Positions 31,709 to 40,786 of a stretch of DNA of 40,786 nucleotides are shown in pieces. Made by a program: the position numbers and the translations under genes. Within the stretch, counting starts at the first letter, position 1; each line of letters starts with the position of its first letter. The notes beneath the pieces were generated by a model. It was not told the origin of the DNA. It did not search any database and was given only the letters and a program-made list of their open reading frames with translations. Source of the stretch: Octopus bimaculoides (taxonomy: Eukaryota); the NCBI RefSeq assembly GCF_001194135.2, contig NC_068985.1:75701460-75742245 (forward strand), read 5' to 3'.

Positions 31709-32547
31709 ACTTAGAGGGAAAAAAATCTTCTTTAGTCAGTGTCAAAGTGATGTATACCATATAAAAAAAAATAGTCTAATAATAAGAAATACAATAAGAC
31801 ATTTCAGCAAAAAGGAAATGAAAGAAAAGAAAAACTGAGATTAGTTTTGCAGGGTTTTCAATGCTTTATACTTGATGAAAGAGTCAACTGTTTGCATTTG
31901 ATTGAATGGTGTGAACTACATAGGAACTTTACCCACCGGCATAGCTGTTGATAATGTCACCACTGAAATTGGCTGCTTGTCAGCTGGTATTTTACGTATG
32001 GGTTTAGAGCCAACTTAACTGGAGAGCTTTGCATAGGAACACAGTGTTAGTTGCATGTATATGTATATATATATATATATAAATATATATCATGGGGTCC
32101 CTACACTAAAACTGACATCTGTAAATTGGGAAATAAAGAAGAAAATTAAGTGCTGACAGAAGGGAGAGAAAAAAAGTATTGTAAGAAGCAACTAAAAGGA
32201 TGTAAATTAAATTGTAATTAATGCAGAATACAGAGAATTAAATTAAAAAAAGAGCAGAGTGGGTACATCCTGTTAATAATAATAATAATAACAAAAATAA
32301 TAATTATTATTATTATTATTTATAATCACATCTGCATTTTATTAATACATGCATGTGAAAAGAACTTCATTAATTTAATGTTCATTAACAGATGTGTGTG
32401 AAAAAAAACATTTACTTTAAATGATTTTGAAGAGTTATTCTCAGGACACTTGAATTTGTATACAGTTAATAGACACTCAAGAATATAAAAAGAAATTTAG
32501 GTACAGTATATTGTAGAATGTGTATATATCTTTTATCTTTTGCTTGT

Positions 32548-32760
32548 TTTATTCCTTTGTCTGTGGCCATGCTGGGGCACTACCTTTAAGGGTTTTTAGT
32601 TGGACAAATCAACCCCAGGACTTTTTTTTTTTAAGCCTAGTACTTATTCGATCACAGACTTTTGCCGAACTGTTCAGTTACGGGAATGCAAACACATCAA
32701 CGCTGGTTGTCAAGGGGGACAAACACAGACAGACAGGCAGACACACACATATTCATATAT
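32548..32760 (-). mobile_element. SINE family A 3' half
   Basis: gtggccatgctggggcac...aagcctagtacttattc...ttttgccgaactg...ggttgtcaagggggacaaacacag. Confidence 0.85.
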
Positions 32761-32874
32761 TATTTTTCTTTTTTTTCTTTTTACTTGTTTCAGACTGAAA
32801 CCTAGTGCAGCTCTCTTGTTTGCTAGCACTGGTCAAACCATCCAACCCATGCCGGCATGGAAAATGGATGTTAA

Positions 32875-32937
<63 letters not shown>

Positions 32938-32963
32938 CACATATATAAAATATATCATTTTAT

Positions 32964-33092
32964 CTGAGTGGACTGGAGAAACATGAAATAAAGTGTCTTG
33001 CACAAGAACACAATGCACCACTAGGAATTGAACTCACAACCATACAATCATGAGCTGAATACCCTAACCACTAAGTCATGCACATTCACATG
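32964..33092 (-). mobile_element. tRNA-derived SINE head plus core (separate family)
   Basis: Minus strand gcatgacttagtggttagggtattcagctcatgattgtatggttgtgagttcaattcctag...gtgcaagacactttatttcatgtttctccagtccactcag; A and B boxes. Confidence 0.75.
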
Positions 33093-33096
33093 TAAA

Positions 33097-33540
33097 AAAA
33101 GTGCTGAGCTCTAACTGTGGAAGGAACCTGTGAAAGAGGTAGACCCTGGAGACATGTGATGAGGTGGTGAAGCATGATCTTTAAATGCTGGACCTAACAG
33201 AGGTGATGACAAGCGACCAAAACCTTCAGTGATATCCTGTGCTTGAGAAAACTCATCAAGCGAAGTGAAATCATAGTCATGGTTGCTGCCAGCGTCATAT
33301 AAATGGTACCGGTGGAATCATAGTTGTGGCCGTTGCTGGTGTCATGTAAATGGTACCCATGCTGGTGGCACATAAAGAGCACCTATTAGAATCTGAGTGG
33401 TTGGAATTAGGAAGGGCATTCAGCCATAGAAACCATACCAAATCAAACTGAAATCTGATGCAGCCCTCTGGTTTATCAGTTCCAGCCAAACTGTCATGTC
33501 AGCATGGAAAGCAGATGTTAAACGATGATGATCATGATGA
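33097..33540 (+). mobile_element. 5'-truncated RTE LINE: ORF2 C-terminus, 3' UTR, (GAT)n tail
   Basis: LTVEGTCERGRP, DEVVKHDL*MLDLTEVMTSDQNL...VLEKTHQAK* followed by UTR ending gcatggaaagcagatgttaaacgatgatga. Confidence 0.85.
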
Positions 33541-33547
33541 TATATAT

Positions 33548-33720
33548 CATGTGGCTGTGTGGTAAGTAGCTTGCTTACCAACCACATGGTTCCAGGTTCA
33601 GTCCTACTGCGTGGCATCTTGGGCAAGTGTCTTCTACTATAGCCTCGGGCCGACCAAAGCCTTGCGAGTGGATTTGGTAGACAGAAACTGAAAGAAGCCC
33701 GTCGTATATATGTATATATA
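33548..33720 (+). mobile_element. SINE family A 5' half, young, ending in (TA)n at the gap
   Basis: gtggctgtgtggtaagtagcttgcttaccaaccacatggttccaggttcagtcc...gaaagaagcccgtcgtatata. Confidence 0.93.
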
Positions 33721-34051
33721 NNNNNNNNNNNNNNNNNNNNNNNNNNNNNNNNNNNNNNNNNNNNNNNNNNNNNNNNNNNNNNNNNNNNNNNNNNNNNNNN
33801 NNNNNNNNNNNNNNNNNNNNNNNNNNNNNNNNNNNNNNNNNNNNNNNNNNNNNNNNNNNNNNNNNNNNNNNNNNNNNNNNNNNNNNNNNNNNNNNNNNNN
33901 NNNNNNNNNNNNNNNNNNNNNNNNNNNNNNNNNNNNNNNNNNNNNNNNNNNNNNNNNNNNNNNNNNNNNNNNNNNNNNNNNNNNNNNNNNNNNNNNNNNN
34001 NNNNNNNNNNNNNNNNNNNNNNNNNNNNNNNNNNNNNNNNNNNNNNNNNNN
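33721..34051. other. Assembly gap (331 N)
   Basis: Run of N. Confidence 1.
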
Positions 34052-34052
34052 N

Positions 34053-34085
<33 letters not shown>

Positions 34086-35850
34086 ATGTATATACAGGAG
34101 GAGCACATGAGATAGGAAGAGCTCATTGAATATATTACATCTCAGAAAAAGAACTGGAAGGTCAGGTTTACTCAATCAGGACTAACTTGGGGCTAAACAA
34201 CAACAAAGTTGTCAAAAACATAATGGTTACATTTAAATATTTATTCAGTGAACCTTGAAATATCTTTAGTGTACTTACATATAACCTCACAATTTCTATT
34301 TTATTGTCTGAAATACTCGAAAGTTTTTCAGCTAAGTATGTCTGTCTGTCTCTCTCTCTCTCTATCTCACCCCTAGTTGTGTACTCAGAGATAACAGTAT
34401 ACTGGGTCAAATTATTGCAAACCCTATATAATATAACATCTTCCCTGCCCCATTCACACACACACACACACACCTGTAAACAGACAGATAGATACAAATA
34501 TACATACTGGCAGAAAATTCTGAGTATTTGTCAATTGATTATCTTATTTTTAAACAGCATGACCTGCACTCAGCTACTCAGTTTTATGAATGGCAGGACT
34601 GCAGTAAAGTTGTCATTTGGATTAAATACAAATGTTCAGATAATCTGCAGCACTTAAACCCATGAGTCAATGAGGGAGCCTCTACATGGTCAGTCAGTAT
34701 GCCAGAAATAGTATTCACATTTTCTTCAAATAACACACTGCCATTTAAAAGAACTTCTTGCATCATGAAGTTTACAGTCTGTTAAAACATATGACTGGAT
34801 GGTCACTGTTGGAATAACTGATTCAAATGCATGTTCAATCAGTGCTGATCTAAAGGTAAATAACGATTCTGTCATTGATATCCCCCACCTTTTCCTCCTC
34901 CTTTTCACTGCCATCATTATTGCCATGGTCATCATCATTGTCGCTGCTGTTGTTAATGTCATTGATTTATGATTGGCTTTCTATGGTGGCATATATTGAA
35001 CAAATCATTATGGTCTGAATTAGTTCTTTTTTGACATTACTATTTTCCTAGACAGGTCCAAGACTAATTCTCGCTCGTATGTTTAATTTTTTGTTTCAAT
35101 GTATATGGTTAGATATCCTTTTCCAATCACCAACCACTTTACAGAGTGTGCTGGGGGCATTTTGTCATAGCACCAACACTTAAGAGTGTCATGTCCACAA
35201 CAAGCCTAAAAAGTTCTCTCAACCCTATACTGTCTCAGCGCAGTCATCAACCCCTTTTGTCAAGTGCAATAGGTGCATTTTATTGCAACACTAGCACTCG
35301 TGAGATTGTTATGTCCTTAACAAAACTAGGCTTTTGTATTTTTTTTCTGTAGGTGGAAAATTTAAATTCAGAGAGAATTCTTTTGCGTGAACATCTTGTT
35401 ACTAACTTTAAATGAGCAGTTCATCCTATCATTTCAATCATGCACCACTTTTATTCTCTCATTTATATTTTTGCATTTGAAATAAAATTACATAATGCTT
35501 ATCAAGAGCATACCTACTTTCCTTAGAATATACTGTTTTACTTTTAGGTGTGGATTTCTTGTCTGCCTTGGCTGGTGTTAGATTTAGCTGTAAATGTGTA
35601 TATTCAAATATGTATATTCAAGATTACTGGAACAACACCATCAAGTGAAATTGAAGGCATTAGTGTGAAATGAATCATAAAGGGATTATGTTGGATGTTA
35701 ACCATAAAGTGGAAACATAATAGTTGTAAAATATATATGTGGGGGCAATACATGACAATAAAGATAATGTAAGGTCTTGTGCTCATGCAGCTACTCTATT
35801 GACTGCTAGGATATTGTTTTTTCATGGATCAGAAGAGTTGCTTAAAATAG

Positions 35851-36309
35851 AACAGTAAAGGGTTGTTTGGAAGTTTTATGCACTGGTTTAATTTGCACAA
35901 CATTAAAATGACCTGTGAAACTAACACTGTTAGAGTAGCTGCTACAAATTATACTGAAGAACTGAAAAAAGATATTGCTGAAGGGGGCTACACACCAGAA
36001 CTAGTGTAGAATGTTGATGATACTGGGATTTTCTGGAAGTACATACCTGCTAGGACTTTTATTTTGAGGTGAAGAAAAACCAGCTACAAGTTTTAAAGTT
36101 TAAAAGCGTCTGATACTTCTTGTGTGATTAAATGCTGCTGCTGAGTAGCCTCTATTTGAGTATCACTTCAAGAATCTAAGTACTCTCAAGGACTACTTTA
36201 AGTTTAATTGTTAAGTATCCCTTGAAAACTATTTTGATTTGATGTTGAAATAAGAATGCTTGGATGACTACAAGCCTTTATCAAAACTAATTTTGTTTAA
36301 GGCCTAATA
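35851..36309 (+). pseudogene. Tigger/pogo-type transposase remnant, 5' part
   Basis: NSKGLFGSFMHWFNLHNIKMTCE...YTEELKKDIAEGGYTPELV*NVDDTGIFWKYIPARTFI...NKNAWMT matches ASKGWF..F..R..LHN.K..GE...GY...QVFN.DETGLFWK.MP.RT. Confidence 0.85.
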
Positions 36310-37678
36310 CAGGGTGGGGTATAAAGATCTCCCACATTGTGAATGGATATAAAATGAGAACACAACCATCCAGGAAAAACTTTATTATGTTTCTGAAAAG
36401 TACATAAAAAACAGTTTATTTTACTGGGTTTTAAAAACTATATTAGACAAATGGTGGCCATTGTTGGCAATACATTGATGCAGTCATTCCCAGAAGTTCT
36501 CCATGACTCTCTATATCATCTTAAGTAACATTGCATTGATTTCCTCACAAATGCTTTCTTTCAAATCCTCAAGAGTTTAAGGACGATATTGAAAAACTTT
36601 TTCCTTTAGTTATCCCCAAAGGAAAAAGTCACAAGGGCTTAAATCCGATGACCTTGCTGCCCACCCCAAAGAAATCAAATGCCCAGGAAACATTTCCCTC
36701 AACACTCTAAGCAAATGTCATGCTGTGTGTGCCATGGCTCCATCCTGTTGAAGCCATAGAATATTTGATATCCAGCCCGTCCAGTTTAGGGCATAGAAAG
36801 TTCTCGAACATTTCAATATACTGGCCAGAAGTAACCATCACTGTTTCATCACCTTCCTCAAAAAAGTATGGGCCGATGACTCCAAAATCAGCACACCAAA
36901 CAGTTATATGAAGAGAATGAAGCGGTCTTTCGTGGAGATTGTGAGGATTATGTTCAGCCCAACAGCAAAAATTCTGCTCGTTTATGTTTCCATTGATGTG
37001 GAAGGGAGCCTCATCAATACTCAGAAGAACAGCTGCAGCAGAATATCTGCACATAGGGCTTTACGATTTATGATCCATCTTGGTTAATTCTTGATTTAAC
37101 ATCATTTTGTAAGGATGCAGTTTCAAATCTGCATGCAAAATCTTCCTCAAACTTCGGCTAGATATTCCTAATGCTATGCTTACAAGTAGAATGCTTTGGC
37201 AATTGCCGAACAGATGCTGTCACTGATGCCACATTTTCTGGAGTTCTAACAGTCCTAGGTCTGCCAGGAGATTTTCTATTCAATGTGGATCCAGTTGCAT
37301 GAAGGCTAGAAATCCAAAGCAAAATCATTTTCCGGTCTGGTACAGATGTATTTCGACCGAATGCAAAGTGTCTACGGAACGCTCACTGTATCGCTATTAC
37401 AGATCAGTCATTTTCATAATATGCTTGAACAACAAAGCCACGATTTTTGCTGGTCCAATTCATGACGGGTTCTAAAAACAAAGAGATGTTTTGAGTAATA
37501 TATGATGAATACGAAAATAATAGAACCTAAAAACAGAAAGAAAGATTTGAGTAAGTAATGATGAATACAAAAACGGTAGACCCTAGCCTTCCAAATGAAA
37601 TCTGTTTCATCTCTGTATTTCTACTTACGTCGACACGGTGCCTCCTCCAAATGTTGGAGGTCTTTATGCCTCACCCTG
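36310..37678 (-). mobile_element. TIR-complete degenerate DD37D (maT-type) Tc1/mariner element, 1369 bp
   Basis: TA TSDs at 36308-36309 and 37679-37680; 29-bp TIRs CAGGGTGGGGTATAAAGATCTCCCACATT / CAGGGTGAGGCATAAAGACCTCCAACATT (25/29); ATG 37463 MNWTSKNRGFVVQAYY...RKSPGRPRTVRTPEN, DEAPFHINGNINEQNF...VIGPYFFEE, WAARSSDLSPCDFFLWG. Confidence 0.93.
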
Positions 37679-37830
37679 TATTTCCAACAAAGCATTGCTC
37701 TGTTAGATAATGCACTAAGCTACCCAGTGTACTTAAATGATCTTTCTGGGCATATAAGAATGGAATACATCCCTAAGAACACTTCTTTGCTCCAGTCAAT
37801 GGATCAAAGTATGATTTCAGGTAATATTAT
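37679..37830 (+). pseudogene. Tigger/pogo-type transposase remnant, 3' continuation
   Basis: IALLDNALSYP...IRMEYIPKNTSLLQSMDQSMI matches LL.LDNAP.HP...V.FLPPNTTS.IQPMDQG.I. Confidence 0.82.
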
Positions 37831-37844
37831 CTAAGAAAAGTTGA

Positions 37845-37908
37845 AATTCCACCAAGGTCGACTTTGCCTTTCATCCTATCAGGATTGATAAAATAAGTAC
37901 CAGTTGGC
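37845..37908 (+). mobile_element. SINE family B core fragment
   Basis: aaattccaccaaggtcgactttgcctttcatcctatcaggattgataaaataagtaccagttg. Confidence 0.75.
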
Positions 37909-38527
37909 CGTGCTAAAATTTGAAGCCAATATTATTTTAGTTAATTATATGAAAATTGTTCATGGTTATTAAAGACAAACGAGTAAAAAAGAGCGAGAAC
38001 TTCTTGTTACAAAACTGACCAGCAGTGTTCTGTGTAGTACCTGAGATTGTTCTGGTTGGGAGTTTCTATATTACAGCACATTTTAAAATGAAATTTTGCT
38101 GTGATGAGTTTTCTTCGGTGTACATTTCGACTATGAATTCATCAATTTGGTGGATAGAAGGAGGGTAGTTTGGGATTATGCTTTCTAAGCCTGTCTTACT
38201 TTCCCCTTTATTACTCTAAAATACATATTTTTCAACGACATCTTTTCAGAAATACGTTTTCGAAGGTACATAATATTGATATTTTCAAACATATAAACTC
38301 GAAAAAGAAGTGGAAAATCTTAAAGCGGTAACAAAGTCGAAGGAGGTGGTAAGAATGGTCCTATCCCCCATCTCATATTTTTATTAAATGGTACCAACAT
38401 AATAGTAATCTACACTCTCCAACTTACCTTACCAAAATTTCATTTATATTAGACGTATTTTTCAGAAAGTTATGAGAAACGAAATTGGTGGTGGTCGTCG
38501 TGCACCAAATTGTAATTATGCAGTCTG

Positions 38528-38640
38528 CGTGTGTGTGTGTATGTATGTATGTATGTATGTATATATGTATGTATGTATGTGCACAGTTGAGTGTTACTAT
38601 TACTACTACTACTACTTCTACACACACACACACACAGACG
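38528..38640. repeat. Compound (GT)/(ATGT)/(TAC)/(CA) microsatellite
   Basis: Visible. Confidence 0.95.
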
Positions 38641-39663
38641 TGTGTAAATATATGTGTACATGATACACGCGCACACATGCGTCAAGAAGTGACGGTGTGT
38701 GTGAGTATGACACTCACACATAAACTCTATAATGTGTGTGTTCACTTCATACGACATACATTTCAATTCCCCCAAAACTTTAAAAGAAATCAATTTTCCA
38801 GACAAATTGTACCTTTTTAATCTTCTTTCTTTCTTTCTCCTTTTTCTCACAATTCAACACAACATACAAGAAACAGAGAGAAGGAAGAAGTAGAGAGAGA
38901 GGGGGAAAGGAGAGAGAGAGATCAAGGCAAGCTTACTAATCACTTTACAGCCCAATCTGGTTGGCTAAACCACTCAGCGCGTATGCGTTAATAGTTTCAT
39001 TTATTTTTGTTTTTCTGCTATGTATGTGTTTGTCATTTGTTAATCTTTTCCCTAAATTTTGTATTCCCCCTCTTTCTACTTAAAAGGTAGAAGCAGATCA
39101 GCTACCGCATAAATCTTTAGGAATCTCATAATACGTCCCAAGATTTTTATCGTCCACCCAGCTTTGTCAAACCACTTAAGTTATACACAACACTCGGCAT
39201 GTAAAGCTCTATTTTTATACCTTAAACTATTCACTGAATTGGATACTACTTTTTACCAAGGTAACAAAGTTTGTTTTGCCTTATTTTTTTCTTTTTTTAC
39301 ATTTTTTCCAGCTATTTTTTGTTATCTATCGTATTTTAGTGTTTTATATCAAACACTGCGTTTTCAGAATTGCCAGTTATATTTAATATTAATAATGATT
39401 GTGATGTTCAATTTATCATTCATAACAAAAACACGCTAACAATATTTTGAAAAGGAACTCAAAAGTTTTTGTCGCAAAACCTAAAAACTGTTAAACCAAA
39501 TGTATAATTTTTTAAGGGGGCGGCGAATGGCACATTAAGGGAGACTAATGGATTAAGAACATTTTTATGTTCCTTAACATTTGAGTTCGAGACACACAGA
39601 AGTGGGTTTTAGATTTTCATTTTACCGGAGCCGATTTAATCGAATACATATCTTAGAATGTAT

Positions 39664-39760
39664 GGCGAAAGTAAAGAATACGTACACCCGGTGTTTCGGG
39701 TTAGGATTAGGGTTTTTGTTACTCCGAAAACGGGTGATGTACGTATTTTTTACCTGCGCC
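39664..39760. repeat. About 100-bp imperfect inverted repeat with TTAGGATTAGGG in the loop
   Basis: ggcgaaagtaaagaatacgtaca---cccg versus reverse complement ggcgcaggtaaaaaatacgtacatcacccg; inner tttcgg/ccgaaa. Confidence 0.75.
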
Positions 39761-40079
39761 GAATTTAGTCTTTCTCTGTGTGTACACACACACAAACACG
39801 TACGATGCACGCCTACATACATGCATTCATAGTCAGACGTGTCAAATATACACCCATTCAGTTATACAATATACCTGTTGATTAATTAACGTGTCGTTGA
39901 ACATTCCACAGACACGTGTCCCCTTGGAATCAACGTAACACAAAGTTGGGTAAATATAATTCATATTTATCCTAAAGACAAATAGATTAAGGAAATCTAA
40001 GTCAAGAAAATGAAATCCCATTGAACTGCAATGCATTGGGATTTCGCAGTTTCCTTCTAAATTTTCTCCACATGGTTTT

Positions 40080-40170
40080 TTAGTCGAACGTTTGCCAGAA
40101 TGCATGTAATGGGATCGAACCCGGAACCACACATCATTCTTCGAAAAGCGAACTTCTTAATCACAAGGCC
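40080..40170 (-). mobile_element. SINE family A head remnant
   Basis: gggatcgaacccggaaccac...aagcgaacttcttaatcacaaggccat. Confidence 0.6.
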
Positions 40171-40440
40171 ATACTTCGTTTAGTTCTCTATTTATTTATC
40201 AACATTTATGCAGCAAGCTATGTTACTTTTTTTTACTCGTCTCTTGTCACCCGCCTCGCCGCCTTTTTTCTTATGTATCTAGAGCATGAAGCGTCACCAT
40301 GGTAATTGAAAAGCAGGACAGACATTCAGTATTTGTATGTGAATATAACGTGTACGTGACATGTTGAAGAGATGTTGTTTAGGCCCAGGTCAGCTATGAT
40401 TGATCAGACAAACTGTAGTAAGAGGCATTCCAGCCAAAAT

Positions 40441-40647
40441 AGGCGCGGGAGTGGCTGTGTAGTAAGAAGCTTGCTTTCCAACCACACGGTTCTGGTTTCA
40501 GTCCCACTGCGTGGCATCTTGGGCAAGTGTTTTCTACCATACCCTCGGGCCGACTGAAACGATGTGAGTGGATTTGGTAGACGGAAACTGAAAGAAGCCT
40601 GTCGTGTATGTATGTATGTATGTATGTATGTGTGCGCGTATATATAT
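40441..40647 (+). mobile_element. SINE family A 5' half, ending in its internal microsatellite
   Basis: aggcgcgggagtggctgtgtagtaagaagcttgc...gaaagaagcctgtcgtgtatgtatg; 3' half absent within the window. Confidence 0.92.
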
Positions 40648-40786
40648 ATATACTTTATTTAAAAGCAGCAGAAATATAACAAAAAAACCGTTACTCTGAG
40701 TTTCACGTTCCCGTTCATCGAACGTGAAACTCAGAGTAACGGATTTTTGTTATATTTCTGCTGCTTTTAAATAAAGTATATTACTC
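40648..40786. mobile_element. Fold-back of a probable Penelope-like terminal repeat containing a minimal hammerhead motif
   Basis: Arms 40648-40710 and 40720-40781 are near-perfect complements with a 9-nt spacer; minus strand reads tcGATGA-acg-ggaa-cgt-GAAA-ctc-a-gag-TA-acgg. Confidence 0.7.

Noticed and set aside
34584-34962. Two minus ORFs of 60-78 aa
   Set aside because: One starts in a triplet repeat; neither has coherent exon boundaries or a recognisable product.
38290-38349. KLEKEVENLKAVTKSKEV followed by donor GTAAGA
   Set aside because: An in-frame stop lies just upstream with no AG acceptor in between.
40280-40306. caccATG-GTAATT as a first coding exon
   Set aside because: A single weak signal among repeat fragments with no supporting downstream exon in the window.

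Overview
AT-rich eukaryotic genomic scaffold with two N-gaps (19086-19990 and 33721-34051). The repeat families look cephalopod, most likely Octopus; this is inferred from repeat recognition, not from a search. No named host gene can be identified. Most ORF-track entries are microsatellite, gap or repeat artefacts. The window is dominated by transposon-derived DNA: several tRNA-derived SINE families (two copies with clean TSDs, and a five-copy head-to-tail array), a TIR-complete but degenerate DD34D mariner, a mariner MITE, a DD37D element nested inside a Tigger/pogo transposase, TTAA (piggyBac-type) MITEs, and LINE fragments (RTE, RTE-X, R4/Dong, CR1-like with a CCCH-finger ORF1). Host-gene signals are tentative: a symmetric CCAAT/E-box/TATA promoter at about 5.94-6.1 kb with a 39-codon sORF leftward and short spliceable exons rightward, and a candidate terminal exon at 24.9 kb. 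The most interesting observations are (i) two Penelope-type minimal hammerhead-ribozyme remnants, one inside a near-perfect fold-back; (ii) a 189-nt non-repeat hairpin whose arm differences are 7:1 biased toward G-U pairs on the minus strand; and (iii) an RTE-X LINE with twin-priming-like 5' inversion geometry.
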